From: an uncultured Isosphaeraceae bacterium
Lineage (GTDB): Bacteria; Planctomycetota; Phycisphaerae; Phycisphaerales; SM1A02
Reading direction: 5' to 3'
Length of the DNA stretch: 64,000 nucleotides
NCBI GenBank assembly: GCA_964546085.1
Contig: CAZJIB010000011.1
Location: 2,313 to 66,312 of the forward strand
Below the pieces are notes generated by a model. The model worked only from the letters and a program-made list of their open reading frames with translations, searched no databases and was not told the DNA's origin. Positions 35,676 to 45,659 of the stretch are shown piece after piece. Position numbers and translations under genes: made by a program. The first letter of the stretch is position 1. Each line of letters begins with the position of its first letter.

Positions 35676-38548
35676 GCATCTTCCCCCTCGTCCTGCTTTC
35701 GCTTCCTTGCCAATAAACGACCAAGCGCGTCATCGCGATCGGCCTCGACCTCCCGGGGTGGTTCCTTTCGCTGCGGTTTCTCAACTGGGATCTCCTCCTG
35801 CGACGGCTCCGGATCATGTTTGGGAGCCGAGACCGACTTCACCTTTCGCAGCGCGTCGAGCGATGCCGTCGTCGTTTCCTTGACCGGCGCAAGCAGGGAC
35901 TGTACATCGCGGCGATCGATCCACAGACGCCTGATCGCAACATCGATAACCAGCCACGCTGCGGCGATGATGGCGAGCAGATCCCAGATCGGCCGAGGAC
36001 TTCGGGGTACCTCCAGCCCGGTGTCATCGAAGAGATCGACGCTCTGCTCATCGGCGATTTGCAGGACTCTCCCGCCGGTGCGATCGGCCAGTTCGTGCAG
36101 CAGCGCGGCGTTGTGAGAAGTAGCCCGAAACTCCCGCGGATACGGCACCGCCACGGCGGCACGAATGGACCCACTCGTTCCGTCGGCGGAGCGGAATGCG
36201 ATGTTTGCCAGCCACGCGCCGGCTGCATCAACAGGAAACTCTGCGCGATATCGACCGGGGCCGGTTTGTTGAAGGCCAACCGGCGACGCTTTGCCATCCG
36301 GCCCGATGACGACGCCGCGAGTTTCAAGGAAGTTCAGGAATGACGAGTCGGCGTCCACGGCTTCCAGGTCGAGGATGCCGCGGTCACCCTCGATGCGTGT
36401 CTTGACCAGCATGTTTGACGGCGCAGATCCTCGCATCGCCCATCGAATCGACCGCTCCCAGAAAGCGGCGAACCCCTCCCACTGCGGCCATGTCCGTGCC
36501 CAGCGAGTTCCAAAGTCGCTGGTAAACACGATGGACTTGCCGAGTCCGTAATGCCACCAGGCATACAACGGATCCTCGGCGTCGGTTGTTGGAATGACCC
36601 ACGGTGTCTGCGCCAGCCCCGCGCGTGCGGCAGTCACCACGTAGCCCTGCACCGAAGGTACTTCTGTAATGCCGCGAATTGGTCCGGGTGTTACCGCGGC
36701 GGCGGCGGCCTGAAAACTTGGCCCTTCCTGAATGAGCGCGCGGGCGTTGAGTTGCGATTCCTTGATGAAGATGCGAGGCAGAAGTGTGGGATCGCTGACC
36801 TCGTAGAACCGCCCCCCGGTTGCCGCCGAGACGCCCTGCATCCGCTGCCTGTCCACCGCTGTGCCGTGGCCGCCGACCATGACGGTCGAGACAGTCACAC
36901 CGGCCTCGCCGTACGCCTCGAGCAATCCCTGCGACGGCGGCTGTGGGTCGCCATCGCTGATGATGATGACATGTCGCTGCGCCGCTGGAACAGACAGGAG
37001 GCCGTCGAGCGCCAGTTGCATCGGAGACTGGAAGTCCTGCATGTCGCCGAGCACAAGACTGTTGACGGCATCCATGGCGGCCTGTTTGTCCCCGGCCAAC
37101 TGCATCGGCAGTGTCCACGCGGCGTTGTTGATGCCAAGCGCCGATCCGTTCCAGTTGTATTCGATGATGCCGACATAATCCTTGCTGCTGAGCGCATCGA
37201 CCGCCGCGGAGGCAACCTGCTGACCCCAGTAGTTCCCTTGCGGCATTTCACAGGAGTGCATGATCAACGCCAGCGCGCCTTGGGGAAGTTGGCGAGTCTG
37301 CGGGGGTTCGCACTCGATGGGCATCGCCTGTTCCAATTGCGAGCCGATCCAACCTCCGGCGCCGAAACTCTTTGGGCCGCCGACAAGTATCAGCCCGCCG
37401 CCCAGATCGTGTACGAATGCATGCAGGTGTTGCTCCTGCGCATCGTCGATCTCCCACCGGGGCACATTGTCGAGCACGACAGCGTCGTATGCGCTCATCG
37501 CGATGCTGTCCCGCGGCATGACCGCGGGCGAACGGACATCAACCTGAATCCCCGCCGAGGACATGGCATCCAGGAACGGTTGAGCGGCGGCGGTGTCATT
37601 CGTTACCAGCAGTATCGCACCCTGCCTCGACGAAAAGGTCACCGCAACACCCGAGTTGTTGGCTGCGATGGCGTCGCTTGTGGATGACGCGGGTTCCCAT
37701 ATCGCTTCGAATCGTTGCGGGCCGCCCTGCTCGACCGGCAGGTCGAAGACCGCGGCGTTCACTCCGCTGTCCAGCGAAAGTCGCACGCCATCGCCTTCCT
37801 CGCCAGGGGACAAATCGATGCTTCTTCCGTTTCGGTGTAGATACAGCGTGCCGCCTGCGGGGGCAATACTCCGAAGAACTACGCGAACGGGGATGACCTG
37901 GCCGGGGCGTGCGTGCGCCGGAGCGTCAATCTGCTGCACGAGCACTTCCTGATCATGGGTAAATCGGAGCGGCAGGACGTCGACGGGCACGCCGTTCGTG
38001 CGTGCGAGATCTGCCATTGCCAGCAGCGAGTCGTCCGTTTCGTTTCCATCCGACACGACGAGCACGCGGGCCGTCGTGTCGCCGGGAAGAAGTGCCAGCG
38101 CAAGGCGCATGCCTGCGGCCAGATTGGTCGCCGCATCGCCCGGCTCATGCGGAGGTGGTTCCATCAACGTCGCCGAGTCAGGCATTGATCCGATGACCGC
38201 GTCTTCACCGACGCCGATGACCGCCAGTCGATCGCCATCGCCGCGGCGGGATGGCTCCGTCCACCGCTGAAGGGTTGCCACAACTTCATCCTGCATGGCG
38301 CGAGGAATGGAGCGGCTGCGATCCAACAACACAATCAGGCTTGTTCCTTGACCGGTTCGCTCCCAGATGGGACGGGCCATCGCCATTGCCAGGAGAAGAA
38401 CGAGTATGCACCGGGCAATTGTGGATGCGATCGCGCGGCCGCGGCCCCGCTTTCTTCGCAGGCCGCGTGCGGCCATGAAGATGACCGGCACCACCAACAG
38501 GACCAGCAGCAGCCAGCCGGGGCGATCGAACTGGATCGGCATCACCAT
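35672..38548 (-). CDS. Large membrane-anchored VWA-domain protein (Bat-type, with a GATase1-like middle region)
   Basis: N-terminal double TM, MIDAS motif VLLDRSRSI, a second block VLVVSDGNETDD, and a C-terminal TM IWDLLAIIAAAWLVIDVAI followed by a charged tail. The start is ambiguous (ATG 38548 or 38542), and both overlap the upstream stop. Confidence 0.7.
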   Translation of the reverse strand: MVMPIQFDRPGWLLLVLLVVPVIFMAARGLRRKRGRGRAIASTIARCILVLLLAMAMARPIWERTGQGTSLIVLLDRSRSIPRAMQDEVVATLQRWTEPSRRGDGDRLAVIGVGEDAVIGSMPDSATLMEPPPHEPGDAATNLAAGMRLALALLPGDTTARVLVVSDGNETDDSLLAMADLARTNGVPVDVLPLRFTHDQEVLVQQIDAPAHARPGQVIPVRVVLRSIAPAGGTLYLHRNGRSIDLSPGEEGDGVRLSLDSGVNAAVFDLPVEQGGPQRFEAIWEPASSTSDAIAANNSGVAVTFSSRQGAILLVTNDTAAAQPFLDAMSSAGIQVDVRSPAVMPRDSIAMSAYDAVVLDNVPRWEIDDAQEQHLHAFVHDLGGGLILVGGPKSFGAGGWIGSQLEQAMPIECEPPQTRQLPQGALALIMHSCEMPQGNYWGQQVASAAVDALSSKDYVGIIEYNWNGSALGINNAAWTLPMQLAGDKQAAMDAVNSLVLGDMQDFQSPMQLALDGLLSVPAAQRHVIIISDGDPQPPSQGLLEAYGEAGVTVSTVMVGGHGTAVDRQRMQGVSAATGGRFYEVSDPTLLPRIFIKESQLNARALIQEGPSFQAAAAAVTPGPIRGITEVPSVQGYVVTAARAGLAQTPWVIPTTDAEDPLYAWWHYGLGKSIVFTSDFGTRWARTWPQWEGFAAFWERSIRWAMRGSAPSNMLVKTRIEGDRGILDLEAVDADSSFLNFLETRGVVIGPDGKASPVGLQQTGPGRYRAEFPVDAAGAWLANIAFRSADGTSGSIRAAVAVPYPREFRATSHNAALLHELADRTGGRVLQIADEQSVDLFDDTGLEVPRSPRPIWDLLAIIAAAWLVIDVAIRRLWIDRRDVQSLLAPVKETTTASLDALRKVKSVSAPKHDPEPSQEEIPVEKPQRKEPPREVEADRDDALGRLLARKRKQDEGEDA

Positions 38549-40941
38549 CCGCCGGGCATGATAGGCCGCAGAACCTGCAGCCGATCGTTGCCGGTGTCCG
38601 CAACGATCACCTCTTCGCCATCCGCGGCAATTGCCCACGGCGTCCGCAGCTGGCCTGGGATCGATCCAGCACCGCCGAGCGATTTCAACGGCGTGCCGTC
38701 CGGCGTGAATCGTTGGAGGCGGTTGTTCCCGTATTCGCAGACCAACAGCGATCCATCCCCAAGGAGACAGACGCCGTAAGGGTACAACAACTGCCCCTCC
38801 CCGCGGCCCGCGGAACCAATTGTCCGCAACACCTCGCCTGCACTATCCGCGACAACGATGCGGTGGTTTCCACTGTCGGCGATGTACAGGCTGCCCGATG
38901 CAGGATCTACGGCGATCGACTGCGGCCGCTGAAATGCGTTTCGGCCCTGTCCGTGTGTGCCGAACGACCGAAGAAATGTGCCAGTGCGGTCGAACACGCT
39001 CACGCGGTCGTTGCCACCGTACTCCGACACAAATACTTCGCCATCGAGGAAAGCAATATCGGTGGGATAGATGAACTGTCCGTCATCTGTTCCATAGGTA
39101 CCGAATCGAAGCACTTCGTTTCCATTGGTGTCAAACACCAGAACACGGTGGCCGTGCGTGTCAGGCACCCATGTCCGCCCTCGCTCGTCGATCGACACAC
39201 CTGTCGGGAATCCGTTCGATGTCGACGGTAACTTCCATGTGGAAAGGTGTTCGCCATCGCTGTCCAGTCGCTGTACCCGGCCGGATTTGTCGATAACGAC
39301 AACGACACCATCTTGCGCGTCCACCGCGCGGGGTGTGACGAACCGACCGTCGACACTTCCGTTTGCGCCGATGATCCTTTCCACCGGCAACACATCCGGT
39401 GCCGGCTGTCGCTCGCAGGCAGTGATCAACAGGAGAAACAGCATGGCTGTTGCCCCTCGCACTCTGACCGAACTTGCGATCACTCCCGCGATTGCGGCGA
39501 TGGCAACGATGACTGCCAACACGGACGTCACGACCTCCGGCCGCTGGTAATGCATTGCTGACAACAGCGCAACGCCTATGGGTTGCGTTTGCGACGGCGG
39601 TGCAACGCTGCGGGTCAGCGCCGCTTCGCCCATCGAAATCGCAATGGCGACCGCCATGACAACGAATCCACCCTGCAAGAGCCGCGGCCGCAGCGCAGTA
39701 CACATGCTGCGAATGGTCGGCGGCGCATCGATGCGGAGCAGTGTTCGTTGCTCGGGAGGGCTGGCGATCCAGTAGCCCGCGATTGTGGCGATGAAGGCGA
39801 CTTTCGAGAGATGTGCGAGCACAAGAATGGCGTTTGATCGATAGACGACATCCACCAGCGGCCTGTTCCAACTCTCGCCCAGCATCCATCCCGCCACGGC
39901 AGCCGGAAGCATCGCCATGAGTAGATAGGAGAACATGCAGAACCATGCCAGTGTGCGCATCCATGCGCGGTCCGATGCGTGCATCAACATCGATGCGATC
40001 ATGATGGGAATGCAGGCGACGGCGACACCCGCCGCAAGCGCAACACTCACGACAAGATCGGCGCCGTACAGTTGAAACATCTCGCCGCTGCCACGAAGGG
40101 TGAGGGCGGCAGCGAGCAGAATCGGGCCGCCGGTGAGTACAAACCAGACCGCCATGAACCGCCATGAGTGCCCGGAGATCCTGATCGCCGGTGTCCGGTT
40201 GTTGCGGCGAACAAGCAGAACGACCAGCGCAGCGGTTATCGCAGCAGCCGCTGCGCCGCAGAGGGTCAACTGCCAGAGAGTCTGTGGCGACATCCCCTGC
40301 ATTCGAAACTCGGTGGCGATCGTGGCGATCTGCGCCAGATCGAACGATGCCGTGTTCGTCGAGACGATCGCTGCAACCAGCAGGATTGTGGCGATGATTC
40401 CCCAACGATCCGCAGCGAAGACATTCCACGCTGCTCGCCCGCGACCAGGTCCGTCGATGGAGTGCAGGAGCGATGTGCCACCTCCTCCACCGTGCCACAT
40501 CGCGGCAACCACTGCTGGAATCGGCCAGCACCAGGCCACCAGCGAGATTGCGAGCGTTGCGTACCGGGCAAGCGGCACTGCGTCATATCTCGCAAGCAGG
40601 TCAAACAGCGGCGAATTCGCTGGCCAGAGACTCCACCATGCGTAAAACATCGCGTAGGCGGGCATGGCGAGAGACGCGACAAGGAGCGCAAGGAGCACTC
40701 GTTTCATCCGGCGGCTGCACGAGCCGGCAAGTCTGCCAAGCGGCCACCCGATGAGTGTTGCGGTGACGGCAACGCCGGTCGCCCAGAGTACGGTCCGCAG
40801 AATGATGCGGCTCGCTGGCTCTATTCCCAACACAACCGTGCCGATGCGAATGTCCGTCCAACCACTCAAGAGCGGCCACCAGCAGATCAGAGCGGCAAGA
40901 GACAGCGCGGCAACGGCGATGAGACCATTGCGAATTCGCAT
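38542..40941 (-). CDS. Fe3+/thiamine-type double-domain ABC permease fused in frame to a lipobox-like TM and a six-bladed NHL-repeat propeller
   Basis: The N-terminal ~500 aa have ~12 TM with FbpB-like stretches (ILRTVLWATGVAVTATLIGWPLGRLAG...LLALLVASLAMPAYAMFYAWW). The next segment is MLFLLLITAC. Six NHL-type repeats follow, each with a Y/F-P-x-G-h-A-h-D-type pattern, for example FIYPTDIAF, FQRPQSIAVD, LLYPYGVCLL, LRTPWAIAAD. Confidence 0.65.
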   Translation of the reverse strand: MRIRNGLIAVAALSLAALICWWPLLSGWTDIRIGTVVLGIEPASRIILRTVLWATGVAVTATLIGWPLGRLAGSCSRRMKRVLLALLVASLAMPAYAMFYAWWSLWPANSPLFDLLARYDAVPLARYATLAISLVAWCWPIPAVVAAMWHGGGGGTSLLHSIDGPGRGRAAWNVFAADRWGIIATILLVAAIVSTNTASFDLAQIATIATEFRMQGMSPQTLWQLTLCGAAAAAITAALVVLLVRRNNRTPAIRISGHSWRFMAVWFVLTGGPILLAAALTLRGSGEMFQLYGADLVVSVALAAGVAVACIPIMIASMLMHASDRAWMRTLAWFCMFSYLLMAMLPAAVAGWMLGESWNRPLVDVVYRSNAILVLAHLSKVAFIATIAGYWIASPPEQRTLLRIDAPPTIRSMCTALRPRLLQGGFVVMAVAIAISMGEAALTRSVAPPSQTQPIGVALLSAMHYQRPEVVTSVLAVIVAIAAIAGVIASSVRVRGATAMLFLLLITACERQPAPDVLPVERIIGANGSVDGRFVTPRAVDAQDGVVVVIDKSGRVQRLDSDGEHLSTWKLPSTSNGFPTGVSIDERGRTWVPDTHGHRVLVFDTNGNEVLRFGTYGTDDGQFIYPTDIAFLDGEVFVSEYGGNDRVSVFDRTGTFLRSFGTHGQGRNAFQRPQSIAVDPASGSLYIADSGNHRIVVADSAGEVLRTIGSAGRGEGQLLYPYGVCLLGDGSLLVCEYGNNRLQRFTPDGTPLKSLGGAGSIPGQLRTPWAIAADGEEVIVADTGNDRLQVLRPIMPGGW

Positions 40942-41948
40942 CAGTTTGTTTCCGCGCCGCTGGCAACCTGCAGTAGCACCGAGTCGCGAAGCATCGCCGC
41001 GCGAAGCCAGTCGACTTTGAGCGGATCGTCAATTGCCAGGTCGGGAAACTCTGATGCAATGTGCGGTTGAATGGGGATGTTGTGGGATGCTGAGTTCGCA
41101 AGCATGCGGGCCACCTCGTCGCTCAACATGAAGTCAACGAAGGTCGCCGCTTCCTTGGGATGTGCGCACCCTGCGACGATTCCTACTGTGTTGGGGATCA
41201 AGAGTGGGCCGCCACCCGTACCCGGACCGTGTCTGGGCAGGTGCATGGCGACGGAACGGCCCCTTGCAATCGCTGCGTGTACATCATCCGTATCCGTCAT
41301 GCCGAAGCGGTGTTCACCCGTGACGACGGCTTCCACCGTGGCAGCGTTGCCGCCGGTACGAAGGGGTCCGTCCACCGAATCGAGAAACTCGGCCAGACGA
41401 TCGGGGTCACCCTCGCCCTCAAGCCACGCTGCCATTGCGCACAGGTGTGTGCCAGTCGTGCCAAATCGAGGATCCGCCATGGCGGCGCCGTAGACATCCC
41501 ACCAAGTCGCGGGAAGCGCATCGGCTGATGTGACGCGCGGGTCGTAGGCCAGAACCCGCGCGCGTGGGGAGAACGCAAACCAGCGGTGTTCTCCATCTCG
41601 GTGGCCGGACGGCCAAGAATCAGCGGCCAGTGAATGGTGGGGCGCGAGAATGCCGTCTTGCGAGAGCAGAATCGTCTGAATGATCTCCGAAGACCAGAAC
41701 ACGTCGGCCAGCGGCCGCGTTTGTTCGCGCCGCAGCCGGAGCGCAAGCCCCGTCGTCTTGGAAACCTCGGAGTCAGCGACGAATTTGACATCAATGCCGC
41801 TGTGTTTCGTAAACCGGTCGAACACTTGCCGTGCAATGTGGTCGTCTGCCGACACATACACCGTTACTGTTTCGGAAGCGTTGCGATCGCATGCGACCAA
41901 CGCAGTAACGATGGTGAGCAGGAGGCTAGTCCGAATCGTCGTCAGCAT
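40941..41948 (-). CDS. Fe3+-type ABC transporter periplasmic substrate-binding lipoprotein
   Basis: Lipobox LLLTIVTALVAC from the internal ATG 41948. The body VTVYVSADDHIARQVFDRFTKHSGIDVKFVADS...ADVFWSSE is typical of FbpA/AfuA-like SBPs. A TGATG 1-nt overlap joins it to the permease. Confidence 0.75.
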   Translation of the reverse strand: MLTTIRTSLLLTIVTALVACDRNASETVTVYVSADDHIARQVFDRFTKHSGIDVKFVADSEVSKTTGLALRLRREQTRPLADVFWSSEIIQTILLSQDGILAPHHSLAADSWPSGHRDGEHRWFAFSPRARVLAYDPRVTSADALPATWWDVYGAAMADPRFGTTGTHLCAMAAWLEGEGDPDRLAEFLDSVDGPLRTGGNAATVEAVVTGEHRFGMTDTDDVHAAIARGRSVAMHLPRHGPGTGGGPLLIPNTVGIVAGCAHPKEAATFVDFMLSDEVARMLANSASHNIPIQPHIASEFPDLAIDDPLKVDWLRAAMLRDSVLLQVASGAETN

Positions 41949-43563
41949 CGTTCGGCGATCTCCTCGCCAGACTTTCCAGCCGACCGAAGTAGTGCCGCAG
42001 GAGCTCGTGGTATCGCCGCGGTACTTCTTCCTCCGCAATCGCCTCCTCCGTCTCGCGCCGTTCGGACAGTATCGCCTCTCGAGCCTCCGATTGCGACTCG
42101 CCGACCGCGACGACTCCGGCGTCGAAGAGTTGTCTTGCGATGATCGTCCCCTCCAGTGTCGTCACCGGTGACCGCTGCGTTTCGGTTGCCGTATCCGTTT
42201 CCTCGAAGGACGCGCGGCGGCCCTCGCCGGCCCCCTGTCCACCGTGCCCGGGGCCAATGACATTGCCGTCTCCAGAACACATGCTGGCAACGGCCGACTT
42301 GCACGCTTTCTTCATGGCCTTGGCGTCTTCCATGAACATCTTCAGCGCCTCCAGTTCGGAGAGTTCGCCTTTCATCGCCCCGCTCTTCCCGCCCGCGCAC
42401 TCCTTGCACCCCTTTCCCATCTTCTTACATGCCTCCGCGGCCTGCTTCTGTGCTTCGATGAGGTCGAGAAGACGCTTCTTCTGTTCTGCATTGAGGTGCT
42501 TGGCGTTTTCGACCGCCGCCTTCGCGGCGTCGGGATCGCTGGCAAGCGCCTCGTCAAGACCCGACTTTTCAAGTGCTTCTGCGAGGGCATCGTTCGCCTC
42601 GGCGAGTTTCTCCAGTTCCTTGGCGAGATCCTTCAACTGATCGGAAAGGGCCTGCCTTGTTGCGTCGTCAAGGTCAGCGCGATCCATGCGTTCCTGCAAC
42701 TGTTCGAGCGATTGTTTCGCTGCAGTGAAATCGCCGCGTTTGAGCGCCTCGGCGAGATCGCGCACTTCGTCGCGGTTCTCCAGCGTGAGTGATCGCAGCC
42801 GACGCTCGAGTTCCTGCAGACTCCCTGCGCGTTCGTCATTCAACATGTCGTCCAGTTTGCGCTGCAAATCCGTCATGCTTCGCAGGGCCTCGCGCCGCAT
42901 GTTCTCCGGCTCGTCCCCTGCTAGATCAACGGCGTCCTGCAGGCCCTGCAGTTCCTGCTGCAGTTCCTCGGACAGATCTTCGCGATCCTTCATTTCGGCC
43001 ACCACTTCGTCAACGGACGCATCTACTCGTTCGCGTGTGGGGATGACGCCTGGAACAATGCCACCCTCGTCACCGCCGCCGAACCATCCCCATTGCCCGG
43101 TTCCAAGAACAATCGCTGACAGCCCCAGAAGTACAACGCCTATCCCGACTGACTGAGGGATGCGAATTGGAAACTTCGATGACAGCGTTCCCGCAACGGA
43201 TGCCGCAGCTGTGCCGGCATCGCGTTGAAGAACGGCCGTAAATGCGTCGGCTCGATGCTCGCAGGCGATGGCCGAGGACAGCCGCTCTCGAAGACCGAAT
43301 CGTCGATCGACTTCCGCTGCCGCCTGGAGTTCACCTACGGCCGATCGGTGCCAGATCGCGATGATGCCTGCCGCGACAGCGGCGGCAAGCACGCTTCCGG
43401 CGATGATCCATGGGATCCATGATGCGATGCCAAGGCGATCACTGACTGCCAATACCATGAAGACCGCGGCTCCCGTCACGACAACAGCGCCGCTGCTCCC
43501 AATTGCTCGGTCCACATGCAATCGCCACCGAGCCTTCGCCGCGATTCTCCGAAGTTCCTCCAT
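41926..43563 (-). CDS. Hypothetical membrane protein with a long coiled-coil / Lys-Glu-rich periplasmic region
   Basis: From ATG 43563: MEELRRIAAKARWRL, then three TM segments, then heptad-like LEELQQELQGLQDAVD...KQSLEQLQERMD. A Cys-rich patch CKKMGKGCKECAGG is present. No family recognised. Confidence 0.5.
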   Translation of the reverse strand: MEELRRIAAKARWRLHVDRAIGSSGAVVVTGAAVFMVLAVSDRLGIASWIPWIIAGSVLAAAVAAGIIAIWHRSAVGELQAAAEVDRRFGLRERLSSAIACEHRADAFTAVLQRDAGTAAASVAGTLSSKFPIRIPQSVGIGVVLLGLSAIVLGTGQWGWFGGGDEGGIVPGVIPTRERVDASVDEVVAEMKDREDLSEELQQELQGLQDAVDLAGDEPENMRREALRSMTDLQRKLDDMLNDERAGSLQELERRLRSLTLENRDEVRDLAEALKRGDFTAAKQSLEQLQERMDRADLDDATRQALSDQLKDLAKELEKLAEANDALAEALEKSGLDEALASDPDAAKAAVENAKHLNAEQKKRLLDLIEAQKQAAEACKKMGKGCKECAGGKSGAMKGELSELEALKMFMEDAKAMKKACKSAVASMCSGDGNVIGPGHGGQGAGEGRRASFEETDTATETQRSPVTTLEGTIIARQLFDAGVVAVGESQSEAREAILSERRETEEAIAEEEVPRRYHELLRHYFGRLESLARRSPNDADDDSD

Positions 43564-43630
43564 ACCCTCAGTGTACGCCACAATTGAGTGAATGTTGTGG
43601 CTGCCGCGGTGTGGTGAGGTAAATGAGGAT

Positions 43631-44650
43631 TCAGCAGTGGGCGAAGACCTGGTGGAGACGGGCGAGCACCGCGGAAAGCGGTTCCTCCAGTCGGGCGCCG
43701 GCGGCATGGATGTGGCCGCCACCGCCGAACTGGCCAGCAAGGCGATTCACATCGATCAGCGAAGACGGCTCGTTCGGAAGTGCAGGCTTTGATCGGAAAC
43801 TGATCTTCGTCGTACCGGGTGTCTGCTCGGAGAGGAGAATCGCCGCCTGCACGCCGTCCACGACCATCGGCGTATTGACCAGTCCCGTCAGATCCGTTCC
43901 GCTTCCGCCGGTCTCAACAAAGTCATCATGCGACAAAACCATGACCGCAACGTGCCCGTCATCGAGATACTCAAGGCTCGCGAGCATCCGCTGCAGAATC
44001 TCCATGCGAACCGGCGATCCGGTTTCCTCCAGCGTCCGGTAGATCCGATAGCGGTCGATGTCGTGTTCAAGCAGGCGGGCCGCCGCCGCAAAGCACCTCG
44101 CATCCGCATTGGAAAACCGGAACCATCCGGTATCGGTCGCCAAACCCACGAAGATCGCCTCCGCCGCAGAGCCGAACCCTCTTCCTATTTCGATCTTCAT
44201 GTGATCGAGCAACTCCAACACAAGTTGCGTGCATGACGCGGCAGAAGTGTCCACTATGCGATCACTCGCCACATCGTCCCCATTTGCATGGTGATCAAGA
44301 CCGACCACGCGATCAGCGTGTTCCCGCAACCAGGGCTCAAGGGCATGCACCTGCGACCAAGCCCCGGTATCCAACACCACGATCAGGTCCGGCTCCACGT
44401 CCGGGAGACCGTCCTCCTCCAGAACACGGATCGGCGTATCACCCGCCGCCAGCCGCAGCGCTCGCTCCACCGGCCCCATCAGCAGTACCTCGACAGAGCG
44501 CCGCTTGTTGTGCAGCGCACGACGCATGGCGACAGTCGAACCGATCGCGTCGCCGTCGGGCTTCGAATGCGTGGTTACGACGATCCGGCCAGCACGCTCG
44601 ACTCGCCGAGCCAACTCCTCCCATGTCGTCGTCGTTTCGTACTCGCTCAT
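43631..44650 (-). CDS. nrnA: DHH/DHHA1 phosphoesterase, NrnA-like oligoribonuclease / pAp phosphatase
   Basis: Motifs THSKPDGDAIGS, GLDHHANGD and GGGHIHAAG. The ATG at 44650 forms an ATGA overlap with the ribF stop. Confidence 0.8.
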   Translation of the reverse strand: MSEYETTTTWEELARRVERAGRIVVTTHSKPDGDAIGSTVAMRRALHNKRRSVEVLLMGPVERALRLAAGDTPIRVLEEDGLPDVEPDLIVVLDTGAWSQVHALEPWLREHADRVVGLDHHANGDDVASDRIVDTSAASCTQLVLELLDHMKIEIGRGFGSAAEAIFVGLATDTGWFRFSNADARCFAAAARLLEHDIDRYRIYRTLEETGSPVRMEILQRMLASLEYLDDGHVAVMVLSHDDFVETGGSGTDLTGLVNTPMVVDGVQAAILLSEQTPGTTKISFRSKPALPNEPSSLIDVNRLAGQFGGGGHIHAAGARLEEPLSAVLARLHQVFAHC

Positions 44651-45579
44651 CCACATGCTCCGTGTTCCGCAGCCAGCAATGTGCAGGCTTCGGCAATGTC
44701 TCGTTTCATCTGTTCAGCAAGCGCATCGCCGGACGAAAAACGCAACTGCTCCCGGATCCAATGCTCGACTGTAATCTGCAATCGCCAATCGTACCAATCT
44801 GGCTCACCGTCGTACCCAATGATGTGAGCCTCGCAGACGCGATCTCGACCGTCAAAGGTAGGCTTTGTGCCAACACTGATCGCCGCCGGAAATATCTGGC
44901 CACCCTCCAATTGGGCATGCCCCGCGTAGATGCCGTCCCCCGGCAGCATCAAGTCGCCAGCATCGAGATTCGCGGTCGGCACGCCAAGGTCGCGCCCTTT
45001 CCGATCGCCACGCACAACCTGCCCCTCCAGACCATACGGCCTGCCCAACACACGGGCGGCATCGTCCACACGGCCAAGCGAAAGCAGCCGCCGCACCATG
45101 GAACTGCTGGCCCGAACAAATGTGTGATCGCACAACGCGACCTCCACCGGCGATACCTCCATGACATCCCAGCCATGTTCGGATCCAAGACGCCGCAGCG
45201 AATCCACGGTGCCGGCCCTGCCGCGGCCGAACCGAAATCCCTCCCCTTCCACAAGAAGATCTGCCTTCGTCTCCGAAAGAACATCCCTCGCGAACGCCTC
45301 CGCCTCCATACCGAGCAACGCGGGGGTCGGCTCAAGCCGTCGAACTTCGCTCGCCCCGGCAGCGCGAAGCAACTCGGTTCGCCGCTCGAATGTCGTCAAC
45401 CGACCGACTTCGGCGTCCTGTCGCAGCACAACCGCCGGGGCCGGATCGAAACTGAGAACAATGACGCTGCCTCCGTCGCCAACGGCATCCCGGGCCGCCG
45501 CCAGAATAGCCGCGTGCCCCAGATGGACGGCGTCGAAGGTGCCGATTGTCAGTGCTGTTCTGGGCAAACGAGGCTCCAT
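44647..45579 (-). CDS. ribF: Bifunctional riboflavin kinase / FAD synthetase
   Basis: FAD-synthetase motif LTIGTFDAVHLGH and a C-terminal riboflavin-kinase region (LGVPTANL...GIYAG...SVGTKPTF). I take the start at the internal ATG 45579. Confidence 0.85.
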   Translation of the reverse strand: MEPRLPRTALTIGTFDAVHLGHAAILAAARDAVGDGGSVIVLSFDPAPAVVLRQDAEVGRLTTFERRTELLRAAGASEVRRLEPTPALLGMEAEAFARDVLSETKADLLVEGEGFRFGRGRAGTVDSLRRLGSEHGWDVMEVSPVEVALCDHTFVRASSSMVRRLLSLGRVDDAARVLGRPYGLEGQVVRGDRKGRDLGVPTANLDAGDLMLPGDGIYAGHAQLEGGQIFPAAISVGTKPTFDGRDRVCEAHIIGYDGEPDWYDWRLQITVEHWIREQLRFSSGDALAEQMKRDIAEACTLLAAEHGACG

Positions 45580-45659
45580 GGGGAAGGTGGAGCACCATAT
45601 CAGGCCAGTAGATTCTCTGAATCCTTGAACCCCCAACGCCGAGTCGTTCTAATACAAGG

